DNA from: a virus
Taxonomy: Duplodnaviria; Caudoviricetes
DNA: 64,000 bases
Direction: 5' to 3' (one strand)
IMG/VR virus record: IMGVR_UViG_3300046779_001679
Coordinates: 1 to 64,000 of that record
The notes below the pieces were generated by a model, which was not told the DNA's origin, made no database searches, and worked only from the letters and a program-made list of their open reading frames with translations. Below are positions 26,026 to 36,219 of this stretch, in pieces; the stretch's first letter is position 1, and every line of letters begins with the position of its first letter. A program made the translations under genes and the position numbers.

Positions 26026-27621
26026 TCAGAATCCGCTTGAAACAAAAATAGGTAACGGCGCTTCAAATTCGTCGTCTGCATTACCGTCTACACTCATAAG
26101 TTCAAAAACTTGTGGGTCCCATTCGGCTAAAACTACACTCATTCTAACTATTAATAGCAATGCTGCTACTAAGTCATCATGTTGCCCTTCTTTAGCACTA
26201 AAAGTAACACCCTTTGCAATAAATGACTTCAGCTCACTAATAAGTATTTTGCTGTTAATTGTCATTTTATTTTCTTCAATTAAGAACTTTAATCTAGAAC
26301 AAGCTGAAATTTTAGAACCGTGTGTAGTGTTAAATCCTTTACGGAATTTGCGAACATGCCCTTTTCTCTGAGGCTCATTAACAAATAGCCCAGGGAATGT
26401 TTCTTCACCTAAGTCCGAAATAACTACTAACGCAGCTTCACCTACTGTGTTGTTTTCTACACTGTAATAAATGCTATTAGTGTTTTCAGGACCAATTGTT
26501 TCCTGTATATATCTTAATACATCTCGGAATATTTTAACTTGCCCTTGTACTGGAGTAATGTTGTGCTGCCATTCTGCAACTTGTGTCATACTAGGCAATT
26601 CAAATACTTGTATACCTGCAAAGTCACCGCCTGTACCTAAACTAGGGTCTAATGCTGCTAAGTACAACATACCTGCCTGTGGCTTCTTAAACCACCTAAC
26701 TTGCCCCATTTTAAAAATAGGCTCACGACCAAGTAGCTCTGTTAACTTAATACTATTAACAAGAGTTTCGTCGTAAATTAAGAACTCGCAACCATATTCT
26801 CGGCGGAATCGTTCCTCGCCAATACGGCCCATTTCTTCTTCTTTCCATTTCTCATTACGATCCGGGTGTTCCCACCATTCACTTCTATATCCGTGAAAGC
26901 CGTTGCGCCCTGTGTTGTCTGTCTTTGAGTTACCATAAGAGTCAAACATATCCTGTGACTCTTTCCAAATAGTAGCAAACGTATCTTCGTCTGAGTTTGG
27001 TGTAGATGTAATAATCGCCTTACCACCAGTTGCTAGTGTAGGCGAAATAGAAGTCCAAAATTCTTCAGCTATGTTAGGTTGTACGAACGCAAACTCGTCA
27101 CAATATAGTAATGATATAGACATACCACGACCTGTTGTACCAGTTGTTGTTTGACTTACAATACGCGATCCATTATCAAATTCGATACTACCTTTGTTAT
27201 AGCTAACAACACCACTTCGTATAAAGTCAGGACACAGTTCGTATCCATAACGAATACGTTGCATAATTTCTTGAGCACCTGTGTATTTGTGAGCTGCAAC
27301 TAGAACTGTTTGATCCGGATGGAACATTGCATACCAAAGCAAGTATCCAGCAGCACATGTAGTTTTACCACTTTGTCGTGGCATCATGTTTACGTTGAAA
27401 CGAAAATCGTGATAACTGTGCAGCAATCTTTCTTGATATTCAAACGGCTCAAACTTAACCTTACCACGTGTAGGATGTTGAATATGGAAAAAGTTTTTAA
27501 CAAAGTGCATGTACCCTTCTACGGGGTCAGAACACATTAGCAATTGCTGTACTTGATCTTCTGTAAATTTTTCTTTTGTATGCGCCTTTTTGGTTAAGAC
27601 GCCATCTAATGATTTAGCCAT
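26026..27621 (-). CDS. terL: Terminase large subunit (T4 gp17-like)
   Basis: PRQSGKT, LLYCDEFAF, ITSTPN, AALDPS, HDDLV. Confidence 0.95.
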   Translation of the reverse strand: MAKSLDGVLTKKAHTKEKFTEDQVQQLLMCSDPVEGYMHFVKNFFHIQHPTRGKVKFEPFEYQERLLHSYHDFRFNVNMMPRQSGKTTCAAGYLLWYAMFHPDQTVLVAAHKYTGAQEIMQRIRYGYELCPDFIRSGVVSYNKGSIEFDNGSRIVSQTTTGTTGRGMSISLLYCDEFAFVQPNIAEEFWTSISPTLATGGKAIITSTPNSDEDTFATIWKESQDMFDSYGNSKTDNTGRNGFHGYRSEWWEHPDRNEKWKEEEMGRIGEERFRREYGCEFLIYDETLVNSIKLTELLGREPIFKMGQVRWFKKPQAGMLYLAALDPSLGTGGDFAGIQVFELPSMTQVAEWQHNITPVQGQVKIFRDVLRYIQETIGPENTNSIYYSVENNTVGEAALVVISDLGEETFPGLFVNEPQRKGHVRKFRKGFNTTHGSKISACSRLKFLIEENKMTINSKILISELKSFIAKGVTFSAKEGQHDDLVAALLLIVRMSVVLAEWDPQVFELMSVDGNADDEFEAPLPIFVSSGF

Positions 27622-27636
27622 ACTTTATTTACATAA

Positions 27637-27660
27637 AAAAAGGGGCATAAAGCCCCTTTT
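27637..27660 (-). terminator. Intrinsic terminator AAAAGGGGC-ataaa-GCCCCTTTT
   Basis: GC stem plus T-run, immediately followed by the TAAATA late box of terL. Confidence 0.85.
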
Positions 27661-27676
27661 CGATAACTAGATTATT

Positions 27677-28165
27677 TTATCTAGATTTAACTTCTTCATA
27701 AAAACTTGATAGTTTTCTAACTAACGTTTCTTGCATCGGGTTTCCGCCACCGTTTACTTTCGGACTTTCTGCACCCTTACTTGCTAGATCGTTACCAGTT
27801 CTAGTAACGGCATCAACTCCTGCAACAATTTCATCGGGCTCAGTTGTTGCATCTTTAAAGCCGCCGTCGGTTAGTTCTTCGTCCATACCAACAATCACGT
27901 CTTTTTCGCTATCGCCGCTTTCAATGTTTCTAAGAACATCAAGCAAATCTTTAATTCCGCCTGCACCGCTACCATTAATGCTAACATTCATAGAAATGTT
28001 ATCTGATTGCTTGCTGACCATTGGAGACATCATTTCTCCGTGCTCTTCACCGACTAGTAAGTCATCAGCGCCAGCCATTCTAGGTGAATCACCGCACTCT
28101 TCCATGCCGCTATTAGATGATTCATCTAATGTTTTAAGTTTTGTTAAAAGATCTTGAAAGTTCAT
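27677..28165 (-). CDS. Acidic hypothetical head-associated protein
   Basis: MNFQDLLTKLKTLDES N-terminus; late operon. Confidence 0.65.
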   Translation of the reverse strand: MNFQDLLTKLKTLDESSNSGMEECGDSPRMAGADDLLVGEEHGEMMSPMVSKQSDNISMNVSINGSGAGGIKDLLDVLRNIESGDSEKDVIVGMDEELTDGGFKDATTEPDEIVAGVDAVTRTGNDLASKGAESPKVNGGGNPMQETLVRKLSSFYEEVKSR

Positions 28166-28773
28166 TTTTGTCCTCCGGCAGTCCTTGTAACTTTTTTACT
28201 ACCAACAGGACTTGTGTTATTTTGTGTTTCTTTTACTTTAGCTGATTTTTCACTAGGCACTTTTTTAGCTAAAATCTTTTCGTTAGTACCCTTGTACTGT
28301 GTGCCTTGTGTTTTGTTCTTACCTAACTCTTTTAAAAGAGCCATCTTTTGCTTTTCGCCAACTAGGTCTTGATTAGAATCCTTATCGTATCCTTTTTCTA
28401 ACAATGCGCCTTCTGGCTTAGTGTCATTTGCATGATTTAACAGGACTTCTGCTTCTTCTGCAGGATTACGTACAATAACGCATGATTCTGATTTCTGTAA
28501 TTTAGTAGCTACCGCAGCACGCACTTGCTGACTGTTTGTAGGGTAATTTAAGCAAACTTCAAATGTTGTAACTTTGACGTTCTTTTCTTCTGGAAAGTCA
28601 AAATGTGTTTCTTGAATTGGCATACTTGTGCCACTTGAGCAACTTGCACAGTCGTAAACGCTTAGTGCTTCTTTAATCTTGTCGTTGCAACCTTCTGGGC
28701 AATCATGTGCGATCTTAATTTTAAAATCGTATGTTTTCTTGCTTTCTGTTAGATATTCTTTAAATGATTTCAT
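28162..28773 (-). CDS. Hypothetical head-associated protein (MKSFKEYLTES)
   Basis: N-terminus resembles the T4 capsid-targeting sequence; late box upstream. Confidence 0.7.
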   Translation of the reverse strand: MKSFKEYLTESKKTYDFKIKIAHDCPEGCNDKIKEALSVYDCASCSSGTSMPIQETHFDFPEEKNVKVTTFEVCLNYPTNSQQVRAAVATKLQKSESCVIVRNPAEEAEVLLNHANDTKPEGALLEKGYDKDSNQDLVGEKQKMALLKELGKNKTQGTQYKGTNEKILAKKVPSEKSAKVKETQNNTSPVGSKKVTRTAGGQK

Positions 28774-28790
28774 AGTAAAGTCCTGATATA

Positions 28791-29279
28791 TTATTTATTC
28801 ATGTTTTTAAGTTTTTCGATCAGGCTGTTACGATCTGCAATAATAACACCGTCGCCGTTAAGGTTAATTCCGTTGTCCTCGGAACTAGCAGAGTCTTGAT
28901 CGAGCTTTTGTTTTTTAAGCTGTAGCTCGATCATTTTAAGTTTTTTATCAATTTTTGCAGCTTTGGCATCAATAGCATTTTTAAGCATAGAACCTGCAAC
29001 TTCAAAAATTCGAGCACTGTAACGAGCTTCTACGTTCATGCCTAAGTCAATTAAATCGTCATAAGCATCTGTTGCACGTTGAGCTAGTGCATCAAACTCA
29101 GAATCGCTTGCATCGCCTAGGCCTTTTACAGCAGGAAGTGCAGCACTAATTTTATCAAACTCAGAAATGTCTCTTAAAAATGGCTGTGCCATTTCTGTTT
29201 TCTTAGTTTGCTTTTCATCGGCCTTAATAACTTGCTTACTTTCGGGCAGATTTAATAGTTCTTCTAGTTTTTTTGTCAT
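28791..29279 (-). CDS. terS: Terminase small subunit (T4 gp16-like)
   Basis: Helical ARIFEVAGSMLKNAIDAK..KID, coiled coil and terminal VIIADRNSLI match the gp16 layout. Confidence 0.65.
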   Translation of the reverse strand: MTKKLEELLNLPESKQVIKADEKQTKKTEMAQPFLRDISEFDKISAALPAVKGLGDASDSEFDALAQRATDAYDDLIDLGMNVEARYSARIFEVAGSMLKNAIDAKAAKIDKKLKMIELQLKKQKLDQDSASSEDNGINLNGDGVIIADRNSLIEKLKNMNK

Positions 29280-29287
29280 AACTTTAC

Positions 29288-29725
29288 TTATGCCATTCCG
29301 CCGGTATGGAAAATATCATTTTGATTTAACACACGGAACTTAATGCCTTGCTGCTTACACCAAACAGTAGCAGCGGCCCATTTAGCTTGATTTTTAACGT
29401 ATTGTGCTTGATTGTATTTGTTCTTGCCTACACGCTCTAACAGTTGCTGACTAGCTGGTTTAATTTCTATTAATTCAACGTGCATTTTGCCCATTTTATC
29501 AACATACTGAATAAAGAAGTCTGGCACATACACTGTGTTTCGGCCAGTTAAGGGATCTTTATAAGGTATTTGTATAGCTTCGCTGGCCCACTTTTGAATG
29601 CCGTCGTTAGTGTCGCAAAAGTTCATAAAGTGCCATTCCCAACTACTGCGGTATATAGGCTGCTTAGTCCCCACGTATTTGTCGGGACGCTTCATAGTAA
29701 ATTTACCTTTTGCAAACTTAACCAT
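29288..29725 (-). CDS. Head completion nuclease (T4 gp4/TnsA-like)
   Basis: YRSSWE, WASE.IQIPY, YVPDF, EIKP, NQAKWAAA. Confidence 0.9.
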   Translation of the reverse strand: MVKFAKGKFTMKRPDKYVGTKQPIYRSSWEWHFMNFCDTNDGIQKWASEAIQIPYKDPLTGRNTVYVPDFFIQYVDKMGKMHVELIEIKPASQQLLERVGKNKYNQAQYVKNQAKWAAATVWCKQQGIKFRVLNQNDIFHTGGMA

Positions 29726-30081
29726 TATACTAAGATATTTCTAGACTCGTAAGTATCTACTAAAGGGGCAATTCTATACCCTAGCAAACTTACTTTTTCT
29801 CTATATGCATTTAGAATTTGTGCCACTACCTGGCTCAATTGCACATCGGTAAGTGTTTTTAACGTATCAATTAACTCAAATACATTAACGTTATCTGCAC
29901 GAGCTTGATTGAGCAATACAATGCCAGTACTACGTGCGCTTTCAATATCGAATCCATTCTTTAAAAAGAATCCAACTACAGCATCAATTTGGTTTGCTGG
30001 AAAACTAATCTTTTGATCATAATATTTGTCAAAAAATTGTTTAACGTCTCCACTTGTATTTTGTGAAGGTAAATTAGACAT
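29725..30081 (-). CDS. Hypothetical tail/baseplate-region protein
   Basis: Coupled ORF in the late operon. Confidence 0.6.
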   Translation of the reverse strand: MSNLPSQNTSGDVKQFFDKYYDQKISFPANQIDAVVGFFLKNGFDIESARSTGIVLLNQARADNVNVFELIDTLKTLTDVQLSQVVAQILNAYREKVSLLGYRIAPLVDTYESRNILV

Positions 30082-30082
30082 A

Positions 30083-31093
30083 TTATGTTCCTGTGATAAT
30101 ATTAATTGGTTTTGCTACAACTGTATCGTTATTATTATTTGTTGATACTGGGAATGACACTCCTTGCAATCCGCTTACACCTTGTCGAGCAGTTGCAGAA
30201 GTATTTGTTATGATTCCAGATTGTAAATTTGCGTTTAATCGTTGAGTATTTTGATACCCATTAATTGTATTAGCAATGTTATTTAAAAACTCGTTAGCAT
30301 TAGTTGTTAAATTTTTATTCGACGTTAACGACGGATTAATTGCGCCTGGGTCAGAAAGTCCTTGCAAAGGACTAGGAGTTTGATCATAATGCTCTGAACC
30401 AAACCCTTCAACAGAATCAGCAGTAATGTCGCCACGGTCATACGACACTGCTTCAAAAGCAATTTGTGCAGTGTTGTCATGCGGGGTTCCGCCTTGCGAG
30501 TAATCTAACTTGTTATGATTCCACTGTGTTATAATTGGGTTATGTAATGTATAGCTTACATACTCGTGCCTAGCCATTTGATAGATGCGTATGTAGTTAA
30601 AAAATGGAGCAGTGCTGTTATTGTCTAAACCAAATGTGTTGTAAATGTAATCAAAGTTTTTAGTTGCAGTTCTATCATAGGCTCCTGCATCTTTAGAGCT
30701 AGTAGCATCAGCAAAGTAGTAACTATAGTAGTTTTCCCATAACTGATTAATTAACCCCATATTATCATCATGAAATGTAATATTAATCGGGTTATACTTT
30801 AATGAGGTTTGGATGTTTTTCTTTCGGTTATACTGATTAAGAGTTTCAGTGTTAACAGATATATTAGGCAAGTCGCAACTCTTAACTAACATATTAATTT
30901 CATTTTTATATCGCTGTGCTAAGTCTGTTGTTATCAATGCTGCTTGATTGATGTTAAACGCAACGTGAAATAGAAACTTTTGTTTAGGGGCAAGCCTAAA
31001 CTGATCGTCTACAAATAGACGTGCGGCGTGCTGTTGATCCCTTAAGGTAACATTGCCAGTTAGATTTAAGAATTGACTAGGTATGAATGCCAT
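30083..31093 (-). CDS. Tail-tube-fold baseplate/tube initiator (gp54/gp48-like)
   Basis: LVKSCDLP...NQYNRK...YNPINITFHDD is a tube-type signature; adjacent to the tube gene. Confidence 0.7.
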   Translation of the reverse strand: MAFIPSQFLNLTGNVTLRDQQHAARLFVDDQFRLAPKQKFLFHVAFNINQAALITTDLAQRYKNEINMLVKSCDLPNISVNTETLNQYNRKKNIQTSLKYNPINITFHDDNMGLINQLWENYYSYYFADATSSKDAGAYDRTATKNFDYIYNTFGLDNNSTAPFFNYIRIYQMARHEYVSYTLHNPIITQWNHNKLDYSQGGTPHDNTAQIAFEAVSYDRGDITADSVEGFGSEHYDQTPSPLQGLSDPGAINPSLTSNKNLTTNANEFLNNIANTINGYQNTQRLNANLQSGIITNTSATARQGVSGLQGVSFPVSTNNNNDTVVAKPINIITGT

Positions 31094-31140
31094 AATAATA
31101 TTTATTTAATTATTAACTACGCATATAATGTGTTGTCGTA

Positions 31141-31163
31141 AAAAAGCCCACCGAAGTGGGCTA
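31141..31163 (-). terminator. Intrinsic terminator with UUCG loop after the tube gene
   Basis: Minus strand AGCCCAC-TTCG-GTGGGCTTTTT. Confidence 0.9.
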
Positions 31164-31168
31164 ATTTA

Positions 31169-31795
31169 TTAAACTCTAGAACCTGCGCCAGTAACTGCTG
31201 TACCTTTAGCCCAAGCTGTAGGCGCATTAGCACCACCGCTAGTCTGAATACAGTTGTCAGGCTGGATTGTCAAGTCAATTGTCATTGCTTCCTGACCTGA
31301 GTAAGCCAATGCTTGATAGTTAGCTTGTGTTACATAGCAGCCATAACATTCCCATGTTTCTAAAACTACAGGAGTGTTAGCACCGTTACCACCGTCTAAC
31401 ATTTCAATACGCATTGTAAATTTATAGTCGCCGCCTGCTGCTGCACTCGACTGCTCGAAGAAGTCGAATTGCTTTTGCATCTGTTCGCCAATTAGCTTAG
31501 ATACTGAACCAGTAACATCGTCACGTAGCTTAACTGTAAATGTCTGCCATGTAGGCTTGCCTGCATAGTGAATTGTCGAGTTGTAAACTTCGATCTTCTG
31601 ATCAGCGAACTGTACGTTTGGACGAGCAGCTTCTGCAACTTGCTTTGTAAGTTCTGTTGTTGGTGTTGATACACCAAAGTTTTCAAACATCACACGGAAG
31701 CGATATTTGAGCTTTGGCATCAACATACCTTGTGCGCTAGCGGATTGATCGCTAGCTAAAGGTACTGTAAATTTGCTTAAACTTGAAATTGCCAT
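31169..31795 (-). CDS. Tail tube protein (T4 gp19-like)
   Basis: RPNV...YAGKPTWQTFTVKLRDD; directly follows the sheath gene. Confidence 0.9.
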   Translation of the reverse strand: MAISSLSKFTVPLASDQSASAQGMLMPKLKYRFRVMFENFGVSTPTTELTKQVAEAARPNVQFADQKIEVYNSTIHYAGKPTWQTFTVKLRDDVTGSVSKLIGEQMQKQFDFFEQSSAAAGGDYKFTMRIEMLDGGNGANTPVVLETWECYGCYVTQANYQALAYSGQEAMTIDLTIQPDNCIQTSGGANAPTAWAKGTAVTGAGSRV

Positions 31796-31812
31796 TTGTT
31801 ATGCTCCGTTAA

Positions 31813-34800
31813 TTAACCTAGTGCCTTAATTTCACCAGTGTTCTTTAGGCGTAGTGGAATGTAAATAAATTCAACTGCCTTAACTGGTTCAATCGCAACG
31901 TCTAGGTATAGTTCACTACGATCGATTCTTGACGGTGTGTTATTTGACGTATCGCAAACTACGATATAATCATATAGAGCACGCTGTCCTACTAACTCTA
32001 ACAATAGGCTTTCTGCTGCACCTTTGATTTCATCACGTGTAATCTTATCGTTTGGTTCAAACACATATGGCTTAGCCAATTGTGAGAACTGACGACGTAA
32101 GTAAATTACTAAACGTGCAACGTTAATGCGATCTAACGCACTTGCGTTCTTAGCACGAGTGTACTGACCGTAGTTAACTAAACCTGTACCTGTGATAAAT
32201 GTTAGCGGGTTAACTTTAATAGCTGCTAATGTATCACGTTGTCCTGTGTTCAATGCAACAGATTGGAATTCGCCGCTATCTGGGTCAACATAACCAACTG
32301 CTGTTGCGTTTGTAATACCGCCACGACGTGTACCTGCTGGTGCAAACCATGGGTAACTAACTTGGTCGTTTAATGCAATAGTACGTAACATCATGTGGCT
32401 TGGAGGAACAACAACGTTATTACCGATGTTATCGCTTGTGTAACCCCATGGATAGAACACACCTAAGTATTCGTCAAAACTTACTAAGCCTTGATCGTTG
32501 TCTTCTAATGCGCCTGCGGTATTGTAACCCCAGTTGCTTAGTGTTGTTGCATCTGCTTTTAATCTTGCTGGACAGTCGCCAACTACAAATGCAGTAATGC
32601 CGCGATCATAGTTTAAGCTAACCATTTCGCCAATAAGCTCTGGATAACCAGGAGTTGCAATTAGGTTGAAAATACGTGATTCTTCATCACGGATTTGTTG
32701 GTTGCTATTAACAAGTGCTTGCAGAGCTTGTACAACAACTTTACGTTGTGCTTTGCGACCAAATGTACCTGCACCATTTTCTTGGTTAGCAGCTTCGCTT
32801 ACCCAACGATCTGGGTTGTATTCGAAGCCAGTTGTATCCATTGGCTCATCACCAAAACGTGTGTTTCTTAAACTAATGTCGATGTAATTCTTTACAAAAC
32901 GCTTAACGTTAAATCCGCTACGACGTAAGTTCCATAGCAACATACCCTTTGGATATAGTGCTGGATCTGGAGCATCTGGATCTAGGAAATCGCTTGCTAG
33001 CAAATCAGCAATTGAAGCTGCATCTGCGTCACGGCCGTTTGTTGACCAACGTGCATCAGCAAACAAGATACCGTCTTCTGTAGTTTGGTCTGAAGAATCA
33101 ACTAATACCCACTTCTTAGTCAAGTAATTGAACTTACGAATAGTTGGATAATTTTCTAAATCGCTTGTGTCGATCCATAAATCACCGTTTGCTAGGTCAG
33201 TACCGTCACTTTGTGTTGTTGGCTGACTTGCGCTTACAATTGGACCAGCTGGATCAGTAGATGTTCCGCCTGCTTGGTTTTGTACGTAATTTGCATAACC
33301 TACCCAACCAGAACCGTCATGTACCATAATGTCAACTTCGTCAACAATGCTGTTATACCATAGTTGTCCGTCTGCTGGAGTAGTTGTAGGAGCGTCTGCA
33401 CTTGCTGGAGCAAATGCTGAACCTGCTACTTCTGAAGTCCATAGTGTAGCAACATAGTGATCAGCTGTACCGGTTGGAGCATTGTAGAAATTAGATGTTA
33501 CACCAGTTGAGAAAATCTTAGCTAGTGGACGACCTGCTGCAATTCCGCCAAGATCTAAGTCAACTAAATGAATGTCACCACCTAGTGCATGGCTAATAAC
33601 AATCTCGTTGCTAGCTGTCTTGCTAGCTACAATGTTACTTCCTGATAATGCACCAGTTAATGCTGTTAGTAATGTGTCAGCATCGCCTGCGGTTGCACTT
33701 CCTGTAAACACGATTTCGATCGGTGTTGATGGAATTGCTGAACCTGCTACAGTTTCACTAATTGTAAACTTATATGTTGCTGCTGGGAATTGTGAACCAA
33801 TTACAGCTGACTTGATTGATGTTGCGCCTACGCCATTACGTGCATAGATCTTAAAGTTAGCAAGAGTTGGGTTTGCTTCGTCATCGTTGTACTTAACATA
33901 CAATTGACCCAATGCTAAGTTAATACCGCCGCCTAATGGATCTAAACCAGCTAATGCTGCTGCGTTATTAGAATACAACGGAGCAGGAACTTCAGTCCAT
34001 GCAAGTGTTGCATCGCTGTACTTTTTAACAATCCAATCTGCACCTAAGTTAGGTGTAGTTGTTTTAACCCATACTGCACCTGTTGCAACACCGTTTGCTG
34101 TTCCCATATTATCAGAACGCTTATATGTTGGAACAACTGTGTGCTTTGAAATTTGTAATGCAGGTGCTTTGTAAGTAGTTGCTGTTAAACCAACTAATGT
34201 AGCTAATGTACCAGACACTGCAACGTCGACGCCTGTCGAGTATAGTTCTAACTTACCATTTGGCTTACCAGCAGTAATGCCTGGAATGTTTAAAGAATTA
34301 ATGTCTGCAATAAGACCGTCTAAGTCTGTGCTGCCAGCACCTGCTGGAGTTGTGTTAATAATAAGAGTATTACCAGATACCCAGGTTGGGTTCGATACTG
34401 TACCTTGTGCAGTTGGCCAGCTAGATGCCCAATCACCGGATCCAACTTCAACCCATGTTCCGCCAGCTGTGTTTGTTTTTGCTTTCTTATACCAAATCTT
34501 ATTTAGGTTAGTTGTAGCAACAACTGCGTAATCGCCAATAGCACCGATACTAGCTAAAGGAGCTCCGCCGCCATCAACTTTAGTAGAGTCTGTAATAACT
34601 GTTGGAACTTTGTTAGTAAATGTCTGGCCGCCAGTTACTGTTGCAGCAGCCGAGTTCCATTCAAAGATACCAAACTTAGTGTTTGATGTGTCAAACCAGT
34701 AAGTGCCATTTGCTGGTGCGCCTGCTGGAGCAGTTGCTGTAGCGTTTAATTGGGCTAAGTCAATATCAGCACGTACTACATATGCACGATTGCTTACACC

Positions 34801-35106
34801 TAAGAAACTATAAGCAGCCTGGAGACCATATTCGTTTTGTTCTCCTGCATGAATCGGATTATTGTTAGCATCAGTTTTGAAAACTGGTGTGCCAAACGTA
34901 TCCGACAAATCTTTTTGGCTTGTTAGCAAGTATACAGTACCGGCATTAGCTTTTAATGTGCCTGGTGCTGTGCCTGTGCCTGCGCCGTTTTGTTTACCTT
35001 CTTCTGAGGTAACGATAATTAAAGGGACTGTACCCGGAGCAGCAGGGGTATAGAAACTTTCGTCTATAACACTAACGCTTACGCCTGGTGAACTTAATTG
35101 AGCCAT
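31813..35106 (-). CDS. Contractile tail sheath protein (gp18-like), 1097 aa
   Basis: SPGVSVSVIDES, WFAPAGTRRG, RINVARL, FEPND..TR, IEPVKAVEFIYI. Confidence 0.95.
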   Translation of the reverse strand: MAQLSSPGVSVSVIDESFYTPAAPGTVPLIIVTSEEGKQNGAGTGTAPGTLKANAGTVYLLTSQKDLSDTFGTPVFKTDANNNPIHAGEQNEYGLQAAYSFLGVSNRAYVVRADIDLAQLNATATAPAGAPANGTYWFDTSNTKFGIFEWNSAAATVTGGQTFTNKVPTVITDSTKVDGGGAPLASIGAIGDYAVVATTNLNKIWYKKAKTNTAGGTWVEVGSGDWASSWPTAQGTVSNPTWVSGNTLIINTTPAGAGSTDLDGLIADINSLNIPGITAGKPNGKLELYSTGVDVAVSGTLATLVGLTATTYKAPALQISKHTVVPTYKRSDNMGTANGVATGAVWVKTTTPNLGADWIVKKYSDATLAWTEVPAPLYSNNAAALAGLDPLGGGINLALGQLYVKYNDDEANPTLANFKIYARNGVGATSIKSAVIGSQFPAATYKFTISETVAGSAIPSTPIEIVFTGSATAGDADTLLTALTGALSGSNIVASKTASNEIVISHALGGDIHLVDLDLGGIAAGRPLAKIFSTGVTSNFYNAPTGTADHYVATLWTSEVAGSAFAPASADAPTTTPADGQLWYNSIVDEVDIMVHDGSGWVGYANYVQNQAGGTSTDPAGPIVSASQPTTQSDGTDLANGDLWIDTSDLENYPTIRKFNYLTKKWVLVDSSDQTTEDGILFADARWSTNGRDADAASIADLLASDFLDPDAPDPALYPKGMLLWNLRRSGFNVKRFVKNYIDISLRNTRFGDEPMDTTGFEYNPDRWVSEAANQENGAGTFGRKAQRKVVVQALQALVNSNQQIRDEESRIFNLIATPGYPELIGEMVSLNYDRGITAFVVGDCPARLKADATTLSNWGYNTAGALEDNDQGLVSFDEYLGVFYPWGYTSDNIGNNVVVPPSHMMLRTIALNDQVSYPWFAPAGTRRGGITNATAVGYVDPDSGEFQSVALNTGQRDTLAAIKVNPLTFITGTGLVNYGQYTRAKNASALDRINVARLVIYLRRQFSQLAKPYVFEPNDKITRDEIKGAAESLLLELVGQRALYDYIVVCDTSNNTPSRIDRSELYLDVAIEPVKAVEFIYIPLRLKNTGEIKALG

Positions 35107-35211
35107 TTGTTGATCTCCAATGAATACTAATTCTAATTGTATTTAGTGGATTTTGGCTTTTTGCCCTAGATATAGTACCTGAAAAAGGGGCAGAAAAGGC
35201 TTAAATAAAAT

Positions 35212-35547
35212 ATGAGACCATTATGCCAATGCGGTAAGCGTCCTAAAGCTATTAATTATTACAAGAATGGGCGCCCTTACTTTAGAAAATTTTGTGAAGT
35301 TTGCCTAACTAATGGGTTATATCATGGTATACCACGATGGGAACGTGCCGGATATAAAATAAAAAACACCTGCGATAAGTGCGGATTTAAAAGTCCTTAC
35401 TTAGAGGTGTTTAATGTGTTTCACGTCGATGGCGACCTAAATAACTGCCGCCATACTAATCTTAAGACGGTGTGTTCAAATTGTCAAAGACTCCTGCATC
35501 GTGAAGGTGTGAAGTGGAAACAAGGTGATCTTGTACCAGATCTTTAA
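35212..35547 (+). CDS. HNH-endonuclease-like zinc-binding protein
   Basis: CxC, CxxC and CxxC ligands; HVDGDLNNCRHTNLKTVCSNC. Confidence 0.75.
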   Translation: MRPLCQCGKRPKAINYYKNGRPYFRKFCEVCLTNGLYHGIPRWERAGYKIKNTCDKCGFKSPYLEVFNVFHVDGDLNNCRHTNLKTVCSNCQRLLHREGVKWKQGDLVPDL

Positions 35548-36160
35548 CCTTAGAAAACAGGTCATCAATGCTACCGTCGTTATCTAATACTGCGTCAAAA
35601 TCTGTTCCTACCCATGCTGTTTCACTAGCATGAATTCCTAATTTTTCAAGTTTAGATTTACTTGTTGACCAGGTAAAATTTTGTACTTCGCCCTTGTTTA
35701 CGCTTAATGCAGAATCGTACCATTCTGGTAGATCTCCTCGTTTGACCCAAACAATAATGCCGCCTGCATCTCGAATTGATTTAATTTCGTTAGGGAATCT
35801 ACAATCACTAATAACAATATCGTCTGTAGAATTACGAAGTTTGTTTTCTAAGCTAGCAATCCAAATATCATCATGAAAGCCTTTGCGGCAAACTTCAGTA
35901 CCCCACAATTGTAGCATTAAACGCGGAGTTAAATTAGGCATGTTTAATCGTTCTGCCCACCACGGATCAACTTGTTCTCGCCATTCACGGGCTTGTTTTG
36001 TACGCCCTTCTAGCAGTGTTCGATCCCAGCCAAACACTTGTGCTACAGCATCTTTTAAACTGTTAGCAAAACTTTCTCTTCTAAATCCGTGAAAGTTAGT
36101 AAGATAATCGGCAATAGTATCTTTGCCTGAACCAATAAATCCGCAAACGCCTATAATCAT
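35462..36160 (-). CDS. Deoxynucleoside monophosphate kinase (T4 gp1-like)
   Basis: GFIGSGKDT, FANSLKDAV, QLWGTEVCR, ISDCRFPNE, HASE. Confidence 0.9.
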   Translation of the reverse strand: MIIGVCGFIGSGKDTIADYLTNFHGFRRESFANSLKDAVAQVFGWDRTLLEGRTKQAREWREQVDPWWAERLNMPNLTPRLMLQLWGTEVCRKGFHDDIWIASLENKLRNSTDDIVISDCRFPNEIKSIRDAGGIIVWVKRGDLPEWYDSALSVNKGEVQNFTWSTSKSKLEKLGIHASETAWVGTDFDAVLDNDGSIDDLFSKVKDLVQDHLVSTSHLHDAGVFDNLNTPS

Positions 36161-36219
36161 AAGAAACCCCTCAATAAGTTCAAGTATATATTACTAAACT
36201 ATGAGGGGTCAAGAGTTTG

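Noticed and set aside
8145-27621. Introns or inteins in helicase, RecA, UvsW or terminase
   Set aside because: Lengths and motif spacing are normal and uninterrupted
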